Assembly (NCBI RefSeq): GCF_000143415.4
Contig: NW_003314382.1
Coordinates: 336,477 to 400,209 of the forward strand
From: Selaginella moellendorffii
Taxonomy: Eukaryota > Plantae > Lycopodiophyta
DNA: 63,733 nucleotides
Direction: 5' to 3'
Positions 50,998 to 62,502 of this stretch are shown here, piece by piece. The notes under the pieces are model-generated. The model ran no database searches. It was not told where the DNA came from and was given only the letters and a program-made list of their open reading frames with translations. Position 1 is the first letter of the stretch; every line of letters starts with the position of its first letter. The translations under genes were made by a program, and so were the position numbers.

Positions 50998-51243
50998 CTA
51001 GAACGGAATGGCACTCGCAACCCGCGGGTACACCACTCTCACCGGATGCCCCATGATCCTGCGCCCCTTGAAGTGGCGAAACGGATAGATGATCGCTCCC
51101 AGGGGCCACTCCACCACAGCCGCGATCGCAAACGCAACAAATCCTAGCGTCGGCCCGACTACCTTGACATGGCAAGGATTCTGCCGAGTGCCGCACTCCA
51201 CACAAGTCGGGACCCTGTGCCTGCGAGTCGTCACTGTTGCCAT
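50998..51243 (-). CDS. Small Cys-containing transmembrane peptide, HUP9/At5g10040-like (copy 1, 81 aa)
   Basis: CVECGTRQNPC-VKVVGPTLGFVAF...EWPLGAIIY.FRH.KGRRIMGHP..VYPRV..AIP, recalled as the At5g10040 family pattern; TATA at ~51376-51382. Confidence 0.8.
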   Translation of the reverse strand: MATVTTRRHRVPTCVECGTRQNPCHVKVVGPTLGFVAFAIAAVVEWPLGAIIYPFRHFKGRRIMGHPVRVVYPRVASAIPF

Positions 51244-51480
51244 TTCCACCCACTAAATTGATCGCTGCTGGCGAAATTCCAGGATAGAAGAAATCCCTCA
51301 CAAACTTCACACTCGCACAAGACTCAAAGAGACTTTCAGAGAAAAAATTTGAAGATCTTCCAAATGGGGCCTTGTTTTATACTCGATGAGATTGCTCTAC
51401 GTGTAAAGGTCGCTGGTGTAGCGCTAACACTGCCACCTGTCGCTTGCATCGTGGCAACTCGTCCTCGCGCCAAAGTAGCT

Positions 51481-53292
51481 CTACGAATATTCTTGCGAGT
51501 TTAAAATTAGGGCAAATGGCCCGCCTTCTCGGGAGCGCTGCACCACCGCCCTCTTGGCGGCACGGCTCTTCTCTAGGGCAAGAAGAGACGTCCACGCCAC
51601 TGTGTCTGGCTCGAATGGCATCGTCTGGATCAGCTCCTCGGCCTCGCCCAATCGCCCGTTGCGCGCGAGCACATCCAGCATCGAGTAGAAATGCTCCACC
51701 CGGGGATCCTCCAGGCCGTGATCCGCGATCATCGACACCAGGCAGCTCCTCGCGTTGGCCACGACCCCGACGTGATTGCAAGCGGCAAGCACGCCCACGA
51801 ATGTGGCTTGATCAGGCCGGACGCCCTCCACCACCATCGCGCCAAAGAGCTCCAGAGCCTCGCGGCTATGGCCGTTGTGGGCATAGCCCTGGATCATCGC
51901 GTTCCATCGCACGGGGTCTTCGTCCTGGGATGAGTCGAAAAGGGTTCTTGCTCGATTGAGATTGCCTTGACGGGAGTAACCCACGATCATCGACGTCCAC
52001 GATACCACATCCGGCTGTGGCATCGTCTCGAATAAGAAGCGCGCTTGATCTAGATGACCGAGCTCCACAAATCCATCGATCATCGTGTTCCAGGAAGAGG
52101 AGCTGCGATCCGCCATTGCATGGAACAAGAGCTGTGCCTCCTCCATCCTCCCGCTGCGCACATATGACGCGATCATCCCATTCCACGCCACAACATCGCG
52201 CTCGGGCATCCGATCGAAGAAATCTCTCGCGGAGTCAGGGCGTCCAGCACGAGCCAAGGCCGCGATTACGGCAGTCCAGGACACCACATTCCTTACCGGC
52301 ATGCGATCAAACAGTGCCACTGCTTGATCTTCAATACCAATCTCAGAGTAAGCGGTGATCATCGCGTTCCAGGCCGCAAGATCCCTCGCTGGCATCGTGT
52401 CAAACACTTGCCTCGTCTGTGCCATGTCCCCGGCCTTGGCATTTGCGACCAGAAGCGCTGTCCAAGCCCCGGGATTGTGCTCCGGCATTCGATCGAAGAG
52501 ATATTTTGCTTCCTCTAGTTTCCCGCGATGTGCGTAGATGGCGATCATTGCGCTCCACGAAACCAAGTTCCTTGATTGCATTCCATCAAAGATCTTCCTG
52601 GCGCTGGAAAGATCCCCTTGCCGGGCATAGCCGCAAAGCATCACGGTCCACGCCACGAGATTCAATTCAGGCATTTTCTCGATGATGTTTCCGGCATTGT
52701 AGAGATCTCCACTCTCGCAATAGGCCTGAAGAATCACCGTCCATGCCATGATGTCTCGATACGCCATTCCGTCAAAGAGATCCCTCGCAAGACCAAGATG
52801 CCCTCTTTGGGCATACGCGAGGATCATTGTCGTGATCGCGACGATGTCGAGCTCTGGCATGCGATCAAACAGGGTCTTGGCGCGATCGAGATCTCCGGAA
52901 AGGATGTGGCCCCTGATAATGGCATTCCACGAGACGATGCTTGGACTAGGCGAGTTTTCGAGCAAGCGTTCGGCCAAGAGAAGTTCCCCATTCGCAGCAA
53001 GCATTGCAACCTCAATGTTCCTGGTGTAATCATTCGGCTCCTTGATGCGATCGATCACATCCCGCGCGGCATCGATGCTGCCGCATTTGCCAAACATCTC
53101 GGCCGCGAGATTGAGGAGGTAAACATCCTCGCTATAGATCGAGGAAGAGATAAGCGCGGAGTGGATTTGCCTGGCTCTTGTCAGGTTTCTAGCAACTGTG
53201 CAAGATCGCAAGAGCTCGACGACCTCAGTTCGTGGAAGATGGTCCAGACGGAGCTCCATTCTTCCTAGATCATCAAAAGAACTCACAGTCAT
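51481..53292 (-). CDS. PLS-class PPR protein, truncated E (start uncertain: ATG at 53322, 53292 or 53259)
   Basis: Intronless PPR array; TFVGVLAACNHVG, HFYSMLDVLARNG, MPFEPDTVAWTSLL. Confidence 0.88.
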   Translation of the reverse strand: MTVSSFDDLGRMELRLDHLPRTEVVELLRSCTVARNLTRARQIHSALISSSIYSEDVYLLNLAAEMFGKCGSIDAARDVIDRIKEPNDYTRNIEVAMLAANGELLLAERLLENSPSPSIVSWNAIIRGHILSGDLDRAKTLFDRMPELDIVAITTMILAYAQRGHLGLARDLFDGMAYRDIMAWTVILQAYCESGDLYNAGNIIEKMPELNLVAWTVMLCGYARQGDLSSARKIFDGMQSRNLVSWSAMIAIYAHRGKLEEAKYLFDRMPEHNPGAWTALLVANAKAGDMAQTRQVFDTMPARDLAAWNAMITAYSEIGIEDQAVALFDRMPVRNVVSWTAVIAALARAGRPDSARDFFDRMPERDVVAWNGMIASYVRSGRMEEAQLLFHAMADRSSSSWNTMIDGFVELGHLDQARFLFETMPQPDVVSWTSMIVGYSRQGNLNRARTLFDSSQDEDPVRWNAMIQGYAHNGHSREALELFGAMVVEGVRPDQATFVGVLAACNHVGVVANARSCLVSMIADHGLEDPRVEHFYSMLDVLARNGRLGEAEELIQTMPFEPDTVAWTSLLALEKSRAAKRAVVQRSREGGPFALILNSQEYS

Positions 53293-54857
53293 GGCCTTGA
53301 GAGAGGGATCGAAGTGGTCCATGCTGGGGAATCCGGCTCGAAAGGCATTGCTCCCAAGAGATCTTCCACGGCTTTGGCCTGGCCGGCTCGCGAGAAGGAA
53401 TCGAGCACGCAAGTGTAGTGCTCCTTTATGGGAAGAATGTAGTGATCGCTTCTCATGGAGAGGAAGTAGTGGCAAGCCTCGCGCACAAGCCCGGCATGGC
53501 TACAGCCGCTAAGTATGTTTGCAAAGGTTTGTTCTCGCAGTTCTAGACCTTGGAGATGCATCCACCGATAAAGCTCCAGCGATTCTTTCCCTTGCTTGTT
53601 CTTGGCGAGAGCTTGAACCATCGTGGTCCAGGAAACCACATCTCTCTTGGGCATTCTCTCGAAGATGGTTCTTGCAATCTCGAGCTTTCCAGCGTCTGCA
53701 AAAGCTTGGAGCATGCAAGTCCAGGAGACGACGTCCTTGCCTGGGCTCGCGTCGAAGATGGATTTTGCTTCCTGGAGATGCCCGTTTTGGGCATACGAGA
53801 CCGTAACCATGGTCCATGACAATGGGCTTTTCAGTGAGAACCTCTCCAGCAATGCGGCGGCCTCGGCCATATACCCGTGCTGGGCATATGCCAAAACCAG
53901 CGCCGAGCATGATGCTTCGTCCCATTGTGGCATCGTGTAGAAAACGTCCACTGCTTCTGCAAGATGCCCGTTTCGGGCGTAAGCGAGCAGCATGGCGGTG
54001 AATGCGAGCTTGTCTAGCTGCAAGGAGCTCCCAAACAGCTTTCTACACTTTTCAAGATCGCCACTCTCGGCATAGGCGTTCATCATCGTCGTGATCGAAT
54101 TTAAATCGAGCTCTGGCATCGTTTCTAGAAGTGCCTCAGCTTCACTGAGCTTATGGTGTTGGGAGTAGCCCGAGAGCATGCTGTTGAATGACACGAGATT
54201 GTATTCCGGCATTAAGAGCATGATGTTCTTCGCAAGTCCTACTTGCCCTCTTGAGGCAAATCCTTCAAGGATGAGGTTCCAGGAGACGATGTTTTTTTGG
54301 GCCATCAAATCAAACCATGCTTTGGCTTGGTTGATTTCCAGGCCAGCGAAAGCTTTGAGTATTGTGTTACAAGTAACCACGTCTATCTCTACCATGCCAT
54401 TGGCAAATTCCAGCGCTTTGTCCAGATGACCAGTTTGGGTATATGCGGATACTAACGCATTCAAAGCCACGACGTTGTGCTCCGGCATTCCATCAAACAC
54501 CTGCTTTGCCTGCTCGACTCGATTATTGCGGGCATATCCAGCCACCATACTGCCCCACGAAAAGATACTCCGGCACGGCATGCGCTCAAACACGTCCTCG
54601 GCATCACCCAAATGCCCACATCGAATGATCGCCGCCAGGAAGATGTTCCAGGAGTGCTGGTTTGGTTCCTCGATGCTGCCGAAGACCGCTCTCGCGCGAT
54701 CGAGGCAGCCAATCCGCCCATACATCTCCACGAGAAGATTGGAGAGGTAGACATTCTTCCCGTGAGTGCTGCTTCCAGCGATCTGGGAATGGAGCCAGTC
54801 TCCTCGGTGGGCATCGCAGCACTCCCTCAATTGGCGCGCGAGAGCTTCACATTGCAT
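53289..54857 (-). CDS. PLS-class PPR protein truncated early in the E domain
   Basis: Intronless 522 aa; TFANILSGCSHAG, HYTCVLDSFSRAG, MPFEPDSPAWTT then stop. Confidence 0.88.
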   Translation of the reverse strand: MQCEALARQLRECCDAHRGDWLHSQIAGSSTHGKNVYLSNLLVEMYGRIGCLDRARAVFGSIEEPNQHSWNIFLAAIIRCGHLGDAEDVFERMPCRSIFSWGSMVAGYARNNRVEQAKQVFDGMPEHNVVALNALVSAYTQTGHLDKALEFANGMVEIDVVTCNTILKAFAGLEINQAKAWFDLMAQKNIVSWNLILEGFASRGQVGLAKNIMLLMPEYNLVSFNSMLSGYSQHHKLSEAEALLETMPELDLNSITTMMNAYAESGDLEKCRKLFGSSLQLDKLAFTAMLLAYARNGHLAEAVDVFYTMPQWDEASCSALVLAYAQHGYMAEAAALLERFSLKSPLSWTMVTVSYAQNGHLQEAKSIFDASPGKDVVSWTCMLQAFADAGKLEIARTIFERMPKRDVVSWTTMVQALAKNKQGKESLELYRWMHLQGLELREQTFANILSGCSHAGLVREACHYFLSMRSDHYILPIKEHYTCVLDSFSRAGQAKAVEDLLGAMPFEPDSPAWTTSIPLSRP

Positions 54858-54958
54858 AGGATAGAAAGAAGAAAAGTGGATTCGCTTTGATTGTGGAAAC
54901 TATACAGTGAAAGGAAGGATCACTATCCCTCCGTTCTTTCAAGTCTGGGATCTGTGAT

Positions 54959-55222
54959 TTAAAAGGGAATAGCGTTTGAGACACGAGGATACACCACTCT
55001 CATCGGATGCCCGATCATCCTGCGCCCCTTGATGCGGCGAAAGGGATACATGATCGCTCCCACGGGCCACTCCACCGCCGCCGCGATCGCGAATGCCACA
55101 AATCCAAGCGTCGGCCCAATTACCTTGACATGGCATGGATTCTGCCGAGTGCCACACTCCACACAAGTCGGGATCCTGTGCCTGCGAGTCGTCACAGCTG
55201 GGGTAGTCGTCACTGTCGCCAT
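54959..55222 (-). CDS. HUP9/At5g10040-like small peptide (copy 2, 87 aa)
   Basis: Same motifs as copy 1; TATA at ~55317-55323. Confidence 0.8.
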   Translation of the reverse strand: MATVTTTPAVTTRRHRIPTCVECGTRQNPCHVKVIGPTLGFVAFAIAAAVEWPVGAIMYPFRRIKGRRMIGHPMRVVYPRVSNAIPF

Positions 55223-56760
55223 ACTTCCTTTCCGAGAAATTGAGAAGAAGAAACACAGATTTTTTCTGTTCGCTTGGAGCTCGATATGTTTGTCTGTCTT
55301 CCACTTCGAGCCGTTGTTTTATACTCCGTGGGATGCCACCACGTGTAGCAATTGCGGAGCACCAGTTGCTAGCTCGAGACAGGGCCACCTGTCTCAGCTG
55401 CCACTACTTGGAATCGCAGCCGTCCACATGCCAACTTGATGGGATGCTCGAAGTTTGAAATGTGTTTGGAATGCGCCCCTAAGTCGCATTCCATCTCTGT
55501 TGTAATAGAAGTGGGTTTAGACAGGTCTAATTAACGTTATTTATCACAAACTTTATACATATAATAAGCAATAGGAAGATCAAGACAAATAAAACTGGAT
55601 TATCCATTGTAAAATGTGATTTGGAAATATTGCAAATAAATAATATCTCTAAAGGCTTGTCATGGTGTAAGATATAGCTAAATACCTCTTTCCTTTCTTC
55701 CAGCTCCAGATTTACAGCAGCTCCTCTCTTCAACTTAAGCACTTCCTGTTAGCTGCTCTTTTAGATTTCTTATAAATCACGTATATATGCTAATTAGTAG
55801 TACTATCATCCTTGTGATGAGAAATCCACTCTAATGTAGTCTCATCGGCTGATCATGGGCTAATAAATGGGCAATGCATTGCCAGGGCTGCCATGACAGC
55901 AAATGGGAGATTTTGTGAGAAAGGAGCTTAGTGTGAACTAGAGCTAGATTTGCTAGCATAAATTTCTTTGTGCAGTGTAGGGATTTGCTATGTTTAAAAA
56001 TTATTATCTTGCACATGCATGTTCACATATATATTCTCTAAAACATGTAATGCCACGTAGGATGGGCAATAGAACATGTACTACTACTATGCTAAGTTAA
56101 CTTTTGCATATATTAATTCATAATAGTTGTCAATGGTTGAAATGTTGTCTTTAGTAGTACTGGAAGTCAATGGCCTTATGACTTGAGTTTCAAACTTGAA
56201 TCATAGATATTTAATTTCACTTATACCTTTCATTAATAACACATAGTAGGATATCTTAGTGTTGTTCATGCTTTGGTTTCCTGGATATACAAGATAAGCT
56301 TAATTTGATAAATTTAAATATGAATCAAGGAGTATTATAGTTTGAAGTTAGTGCAAGCTCTTCTATAATTATCTCAAAGAAAGTATCATAGGTTTAGACA
56401 ATTTCTTAGCTTAATAAGCCATTATAGACTTTCTATTCATTTTGTCCAAACACATTCTCTTTTTTCCTACACTTATTCATATTTCATTCCTGTTTCAGTA
56501 TCATTGACACTTAAGAATAACAATGTCAGATTTTAACTCCCCATTTCACTTAGAAAGGCCTGAAATTTCAACAGATAGAGACGGTACACCAATGCATTTT
56601 GGCCTAAAACTCTAGACCAAAGGATAAACTCATTGGTTTTGGTGGCTTGTTTTGAATGTTGGTTTGCCATAATATTCTTTAATCTCGTAAATTTCAGCTT
56701 GGCATATCTAGCAAGTTTTTCAGATTATATAAAATTAACTAAAGATGGTACTTTTTTTTG

Positions 56761-56973
56761 TTGTTTACAATTTATTATGCTTCCCTGCAAATTCACACCC
56801 TTCTGAACAAAAGTTGAAAGTCGCAACTCTCCCAAAAGCTTGCTTTCTTGACACCTTACCCTTTAGGTAAAGTCTAGTGAGAGCAAATTAGACCAGCAAA
56901 TGTTAATTAACATATGATGTGATTCCCCTAGTTAATCAATAGAGTTAGACCTAAAACCCCTTTGATATTAATG
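56761..56973 (-). mobile_element. Cassandra TRIM internal-domain remnant with LTRs lost
   Basis: Collinear with 6705-6919 (GCTTCCCT.CAAATTCACAC, TCTTGACACC.TACCC, GAGCAAATT.GACC, GTGATTCCCCTA). Confidence 0.75.
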
Positions 56974-57184
56974 TTATGATCTAGTGCAAAAAAATAAAAA
57001 TCTAGTCACCATAGACTATGCTACACCACACCACTAACTAATTTCTCTTATAAATAATGAAAGCTTGAAACAATTTATCATACCTGTGCAATTGCTGAGC
57101 TGTAGCTACTTTAAGGAGTGAGATCAAGGTGAAGATAATACTTTTGCTTCACATGAATGGAGATTATGGGTAGTTTGCATAATC

Positions 57185-58140
57185 TCAGACCTTCAAGATG
57201 CATCCATCTAGTGATTCGTTCCCTTCTTTGTTTTTGGCGAGAGCTTGAATTATTGTGGTCCAGGAAACCACATCCCTGTTGGGCATTCTCTCGAAGATGG
57301 TTCTTCCAACCTCGAGCTTTCCAGCATCTGCAAAAGCCTAGAACATACAAGTCCAGGGGACAACACCGGGTTACGTCGAAGCTTCCTGGATTTGGGCATA
57401 CGAGACCTCCACGACAATGGGAACCTCTCCAGCAATGCCTAATACCGTGCTGGGCATATGCCAAGACCAGCGCCAAGACCACGTCCACTTCCTCTGCAAG
57501 ATGCCATTTCGGAGCAGCATGGTGGTGAATGCGAGCTTGTCTAGCCGCAAGGAGCTCTCAAACAGCTTTCTACACTTTTCAAGATCGCCACTCTCGGCAT
57601 AGGCCTTCATCATCGTCGTGATCGAATTTAAATCAAGCTCCGGCATCTTTTCCAGAAGTGCCAAACTATGCTCTCAATGCCGGAACACAATCTCGTGTCA
57701 TTCAACAGCATGCTTTCGCGCTGAGGCGCTTGGTTGATTTCCAGGCCAGAGAAAGATTTCAGTATTGTGTTACGTTGTGATGATCAGTTCGGGTATATGC
57801 GGGTACTAAACACCTGCTTTGCCTGCTCGACTCGATTATTGCGGGCATATCCAGCCACCATACTACTCCACGAAAAGATACTCCGGCACGGCATGCGCTC
57901 AAAACACGTCCTCGGCATCACCCAAATGCCCACATCGAATGATCACGCCAGGGAGATGTTCCAGGAGTGCTGGTTTGGCTCCTCGATGCTGCCGAAGACC
58001 GCTCTCGAGCGATCGAGGCACCCAATCCGCCCATACATCTCAACGAGAAGATTAGACATTCTTCCCGTGAGTACTGCTTCCAGCGATCTGGGAATGGAGC
58101 CAGTCTCCTCGACGGGCATCGGAGCACTCCACAATAGGCA
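57185..58140 (-). pseudogene. Deleted duplicate of PPR 53289-54857
   Basis: Near-identical blocks (LLEKMPELDLNSITTMM, VEMYGRIGCLDR) separated by deletions and frameshifts. Confidence 0.9.
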
Positions 58141-58267
58141 TAGGAAAGAAAGAACACTTTGCTTTGATTGTGGAAACTCTACAGTAAAAGAAAGGATCAC
58201 TCCTCCATGAGGACATCCCTCCATTCTTTCTGCCCACCCGGAAAGTGGAGCGTGGGAGATCTATGAT

Positions 58268-58552
58268 TTAGAAGGGAATGGCGCTTGAGACACGAGGATA
58301 CACCACTCTCATCGGATGCCCGATCATCCTGCGGCCCTTGATACGGCGAAACGGGTACATGATCGCTCCCACGGGCCACTCCACCGCCGCCGCAATTGCG
58401 AATGCCACAAATCCCAGCGTCGGCCCGATTACCTTGACATGGCATGGATTCTGCCGAGTGCCGCACTGCACGCACGATGGGATCCTGTGCCTGCGAGTGC
58501 GAGTCGTCGCTACTGGAGTAGCGACGTGAGTAGTCCCCAATCCTCTCGCCAT
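58268..58552 (-). CDS. HUP9/At5g10040-like small peptide (copy 3, 94 aa)
   Basis: Same motifs; ORF intact from the ATG at 58552. Confidence 0.78.
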   Translation of the reverse strand: MARGLGTTHVATPVATTRTRRHRIPSCVQCGTRQNPCHVKVIGPTLGFVAFAIAAAVEWPVGAIMYPFRRIKGRRMIGHPMRVVYPRVSSAIPF

Positions 58553-60652
58553 TCTTCCTTTGATCAATGCTCTAGAAATAAGAAATGCATCCACTTCGCA
58601 CTTTGTCTGCTTTTTTGAGCTGCTCTTTTGTACCGTGAGATGGCACCACGTGTAGCAATTGGCGAACGCCAGTTGTTAGCTGGAAAGAGTGCCACCTGTA
58701 TCTCATGCCACTGCTCTGAATCGCAGCCGTCCACATGCCAACTTCGATCGGATGCTCGAATTTGTCCAAGTCGCAGACACCAGAGTGTAGTCTTTCTTCT
58801 CAACGGCATGGCCATCCCATCATTTAGAGTAGGAGTATATATTCTTGGATTTGGAAGAGTTTTTCATAGCAAAAGATCAACCAAATTGTTCATGGAACTA
58901 TAGCTTAAACTAGACACACAAAAATCAACATTAAATGAAAAATCACAACCATTAGATTAAAGAATATTTTAGATACTTTAAATATGCGTTACAAGAGAGA
59001 GTCACTCATTCTCTACTCTTCTCAACATCAATAGGTGAGTAGAAGAGTTGATTGACAGAGAGGAGAATGTTTTTGCTTTATTCTTGCATCTTCTTGCAAG
59101 ATAGTGATCGTAAGCTTGTTTTATCTCTTTGCTTCATGTTCTTGCATTATAAAAAAGAAATATAGAGTGTTCTGAGAATTCAATTGTTTAAAAAGTATCT
59201 TATGGAAAAGCAACAAATCTAGATGGCTTTAGCCATGAAAGTATTTTACTTTACTTTATAATTTTTATCATTTTTAAATGTTAAACAGAATTAATTCCCA
59301 TTCAAACAATTATTAAGCCACTTTAAAAGCTAGTTTCAAGAAGCCAATAAATCCAAATAAAAAAATACCTTGTTCCTTATTTTGTTTGATGGATTTAATG
59401 GTGACACTGTGCTTCCAAAAAATTCAATGTCTTTAGAATTGATCTGGAAAAAGGCTTTAGAATATAAAAGAAGACAACAAAACAACTATAACTCACTCAC
59501 GCGAGTTCTTGTTTTTTAAGCTCAAATACTTCCACTAGTATATGTAATGCTCTGGGTGTATGTTGCAATGCATCATCAAATACCATACAACTAAAAACCT
59601 CTACCCATTCTTGTAGTCTATGCAATATAAATTATGGATATACCAATCCTTTGGATTTAGTTCCTTTTTTATCTCTAAGTTTTCTAAAACTTTCTTGTGA
59701 TATTAAATAACTCAATTCCATAAGAGTTTATTCCTCTAGAATGACATATATAAGAATTAAAAAACCAAAGATAATTTGAATTGAATTCACAAAAAAAGGC
59801 ATTATCACATTTGTTGTTTTGCCAAACTTGGTTCAAAACTTAAATGAATTTGTCAATTCAGCTTATTAAATAAGCCTTTTTTACAGTCTCAACATAAGTA
59901 AATTTATCGTTAGCTTCATATTAAAAATTAATGTGTAATTAGGCTATGAATTTACTAAAGGTTTCAATTTGCAGAATACTACATGCAATAATATCAAATA
60001 AGAAAAACTTATGTCTAGGTTGGCAAAATAAAGTAATATTGAATACTTTCCAAGAGATTGTTGCATAGATGCTAAATCAATTAAGTCTCAAAGTCTATTT
60101 GATAACAGACACTTTCATCCCTACTCCAATATTGCACATTCTTCATACCTTATGTTTTGCTCAATTTTTCATAGTATGAGTTCCAAAACAATACTTCAAT
60201 AACCTCTACATTCTTCTCACATTTTTCTCTACACAAAAACCTTTAAAATTCTATATAATCTCTTTTTACAAATGTGTGAACTAGCATCAATCTTATACAA
60301 CAACCTTAATATTAGTCATTTTATAAATAAATACCATATATGAAAGTTTAAAAGATATTCTAATAAGTTTATTTAGGCCCTAGCTAGCTAAATGCTACTA
60401 GAGGCAATAACATAACTGAAATGCTATTTTTTATTTACTAGTAAATTAACAGAATTAATAAAAATGTAATAATAATAATAGTACAAATAATGAAATGTAG
60501 AAATGTAGAAATGTCTTAATTATTATGAATATAGAAAATTAGAGTTAAATAAATTTCTATATTATATTTTTCTCTATTGCTTATATCTTATACTCATTAT
60601 AAGATTGTCAGATATTTTATTACTTTGTTATATAATACTATAGATTTTAGAT

Positions 60653-62502
60653 TGTGAGTGCATGGAATATAGAAAGAGAATATAGAAAATGTGCATATTA
60701 ATTAACTCAAAAACCTTAGTTTATATATAAGAGCAAGTGGTCCGGATTGAAACCAATCTAACGGCTACTAAAATCCCATTACACTAATATTAATATACAA
60801 TATTATAGCCATACACTTAGACCTCACATCATCCCCTTCTCTCGGAATGATGGAAAACTATTAAAGGATTTGGAAGAATGTCAGAAGGAAGTGTCGGTGG
60901 ATTTGTAATTAGTATTAGTTGTTTTGAATCCCTTTGTACAAAGTGTTTCAACTGTTGCATATGCACAATTTCTAGAGGATTGGCTTGTTGGATGCTATGC
61001 CAAACCTTATAAACTTGTGGTCCAACTTGCCGCAATAGCTGATACGGTCCTTTCCACTAAGCAAGAAACTCCTTAGATAAACCATATATCTTAAGATGGG
61101 AAAAAAAGATTAACACCAAGTCATCCTCTTGGACGATGATGAGAGAATTCATATAAACCAAATGATGTATAAAAAACAATCTTAAAAATATCTTTTTCCA
61201 CCATCGGTATTTGCTAGTACTTAGAAGCAAGATCCAGCTTCGTGAACTAACGACTTCTCCCTAGACAATCCAAAAGATTAGTAATGTAAGGAAGAGGGTA
61301 CATATCCAAAATTGTCACGTCATTTAATAAACGATAGTCGATATAAAAATAAATATTCCCATCAAATTTTATTACAAGATGAGGTTCATATACCCAAGGA
61401 CTCTGCAACTTTTGAATAACACCCTTCTCCAACATCTCTTTGAAGTTTGCATGTAAAATCTTGATTTCTTTGGGTGACCGACGACAAATAAAAACTTTGA
61501 TTGGACAAGCATCCCCAGCTGGAATAGGATAACATATGGCAATTTTGGCCCTAGATGATAGGTCAAAGTCAAAGAGATCAAAATACTCTCTCATGAGCAA
61601 GTCAATCGATGCAACACAAAGACTGTCAGGGGGATTGGAAAAAGAGAAGAACAGAATAAGACAAAAACATAGAAGGAAATAATGGGGGAACAAAAATAAT
61701 GGAAGCAAAGGTAAAAGTAAAGGGATGAAGAGGCATGGAAGTGAGAAGAATGGATGAAATATAAGAAAGTATGAGACAATGGGGAAGACATTTCAAAATC
61801 CAACTTGGCATGATTGTGCTACAATTAATCCATACCAAAGATGATGTCAAAAGTTTGACTTAGCATCACTTGCAATGACTACAACCTAAATTCGATATCA
61901 CCTACACACACAATTAGGTTCATATTATCCTGTGCATATGCATGTGTACAGCCATTGCCATAAAGAATGAAAACTAGCTCTGCCGCACGATGCAAGTGTA
62001 GATGGCAATGTGTGGTAACAAGTCGAGCAATAGAAGATAAATTTGAATATGTATCAATCAATACGGAGAGAATAATAAAAAACCTTTTATTATAAAAATG
62101 AGCTTGGAAAGTAAATACTGAATGAATTAGTGTCGAGTGACCCCTTGATGATACTCACAAAAGAAAGATTGAGGGGTCACTAATTTATTAGCGTAAGGTC
62201 CCTCCATTACTTGCGCGACTCCTCATTTCTTGGATGCATCTCAGTGTTCAGACCTTCCACTGTAGCAACACCAATAGGACGTTGTTGATGCTAAAATCTC
62301 CACTCAGGAAATGGTGGCTGCTAATCTAAAAAACGCCAACAACACTGATAAGTGTGACTAACTGCATCATACACTTAGCAATGACCATCACGGCCATGAC
62401 CATGTCTTTGTCCTTGGACTCGAGCAACAGTAGCATCAACCTCTATTGAAACAAGACCATCACCTATAGAAAGTGGAGTTAAAGAACATGTAATGAGAAG
62501 TG
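60653..62502 (-). mobile_element. Truncated, internally deleted third copy of the gypsy family
   Basis: LTR at 60653-60828, PPT complement at 60829, the integrase tail, then a large deletion to RT N-terminus/protease/gag end; homology stops at ~62502. Confidence 0.9.
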
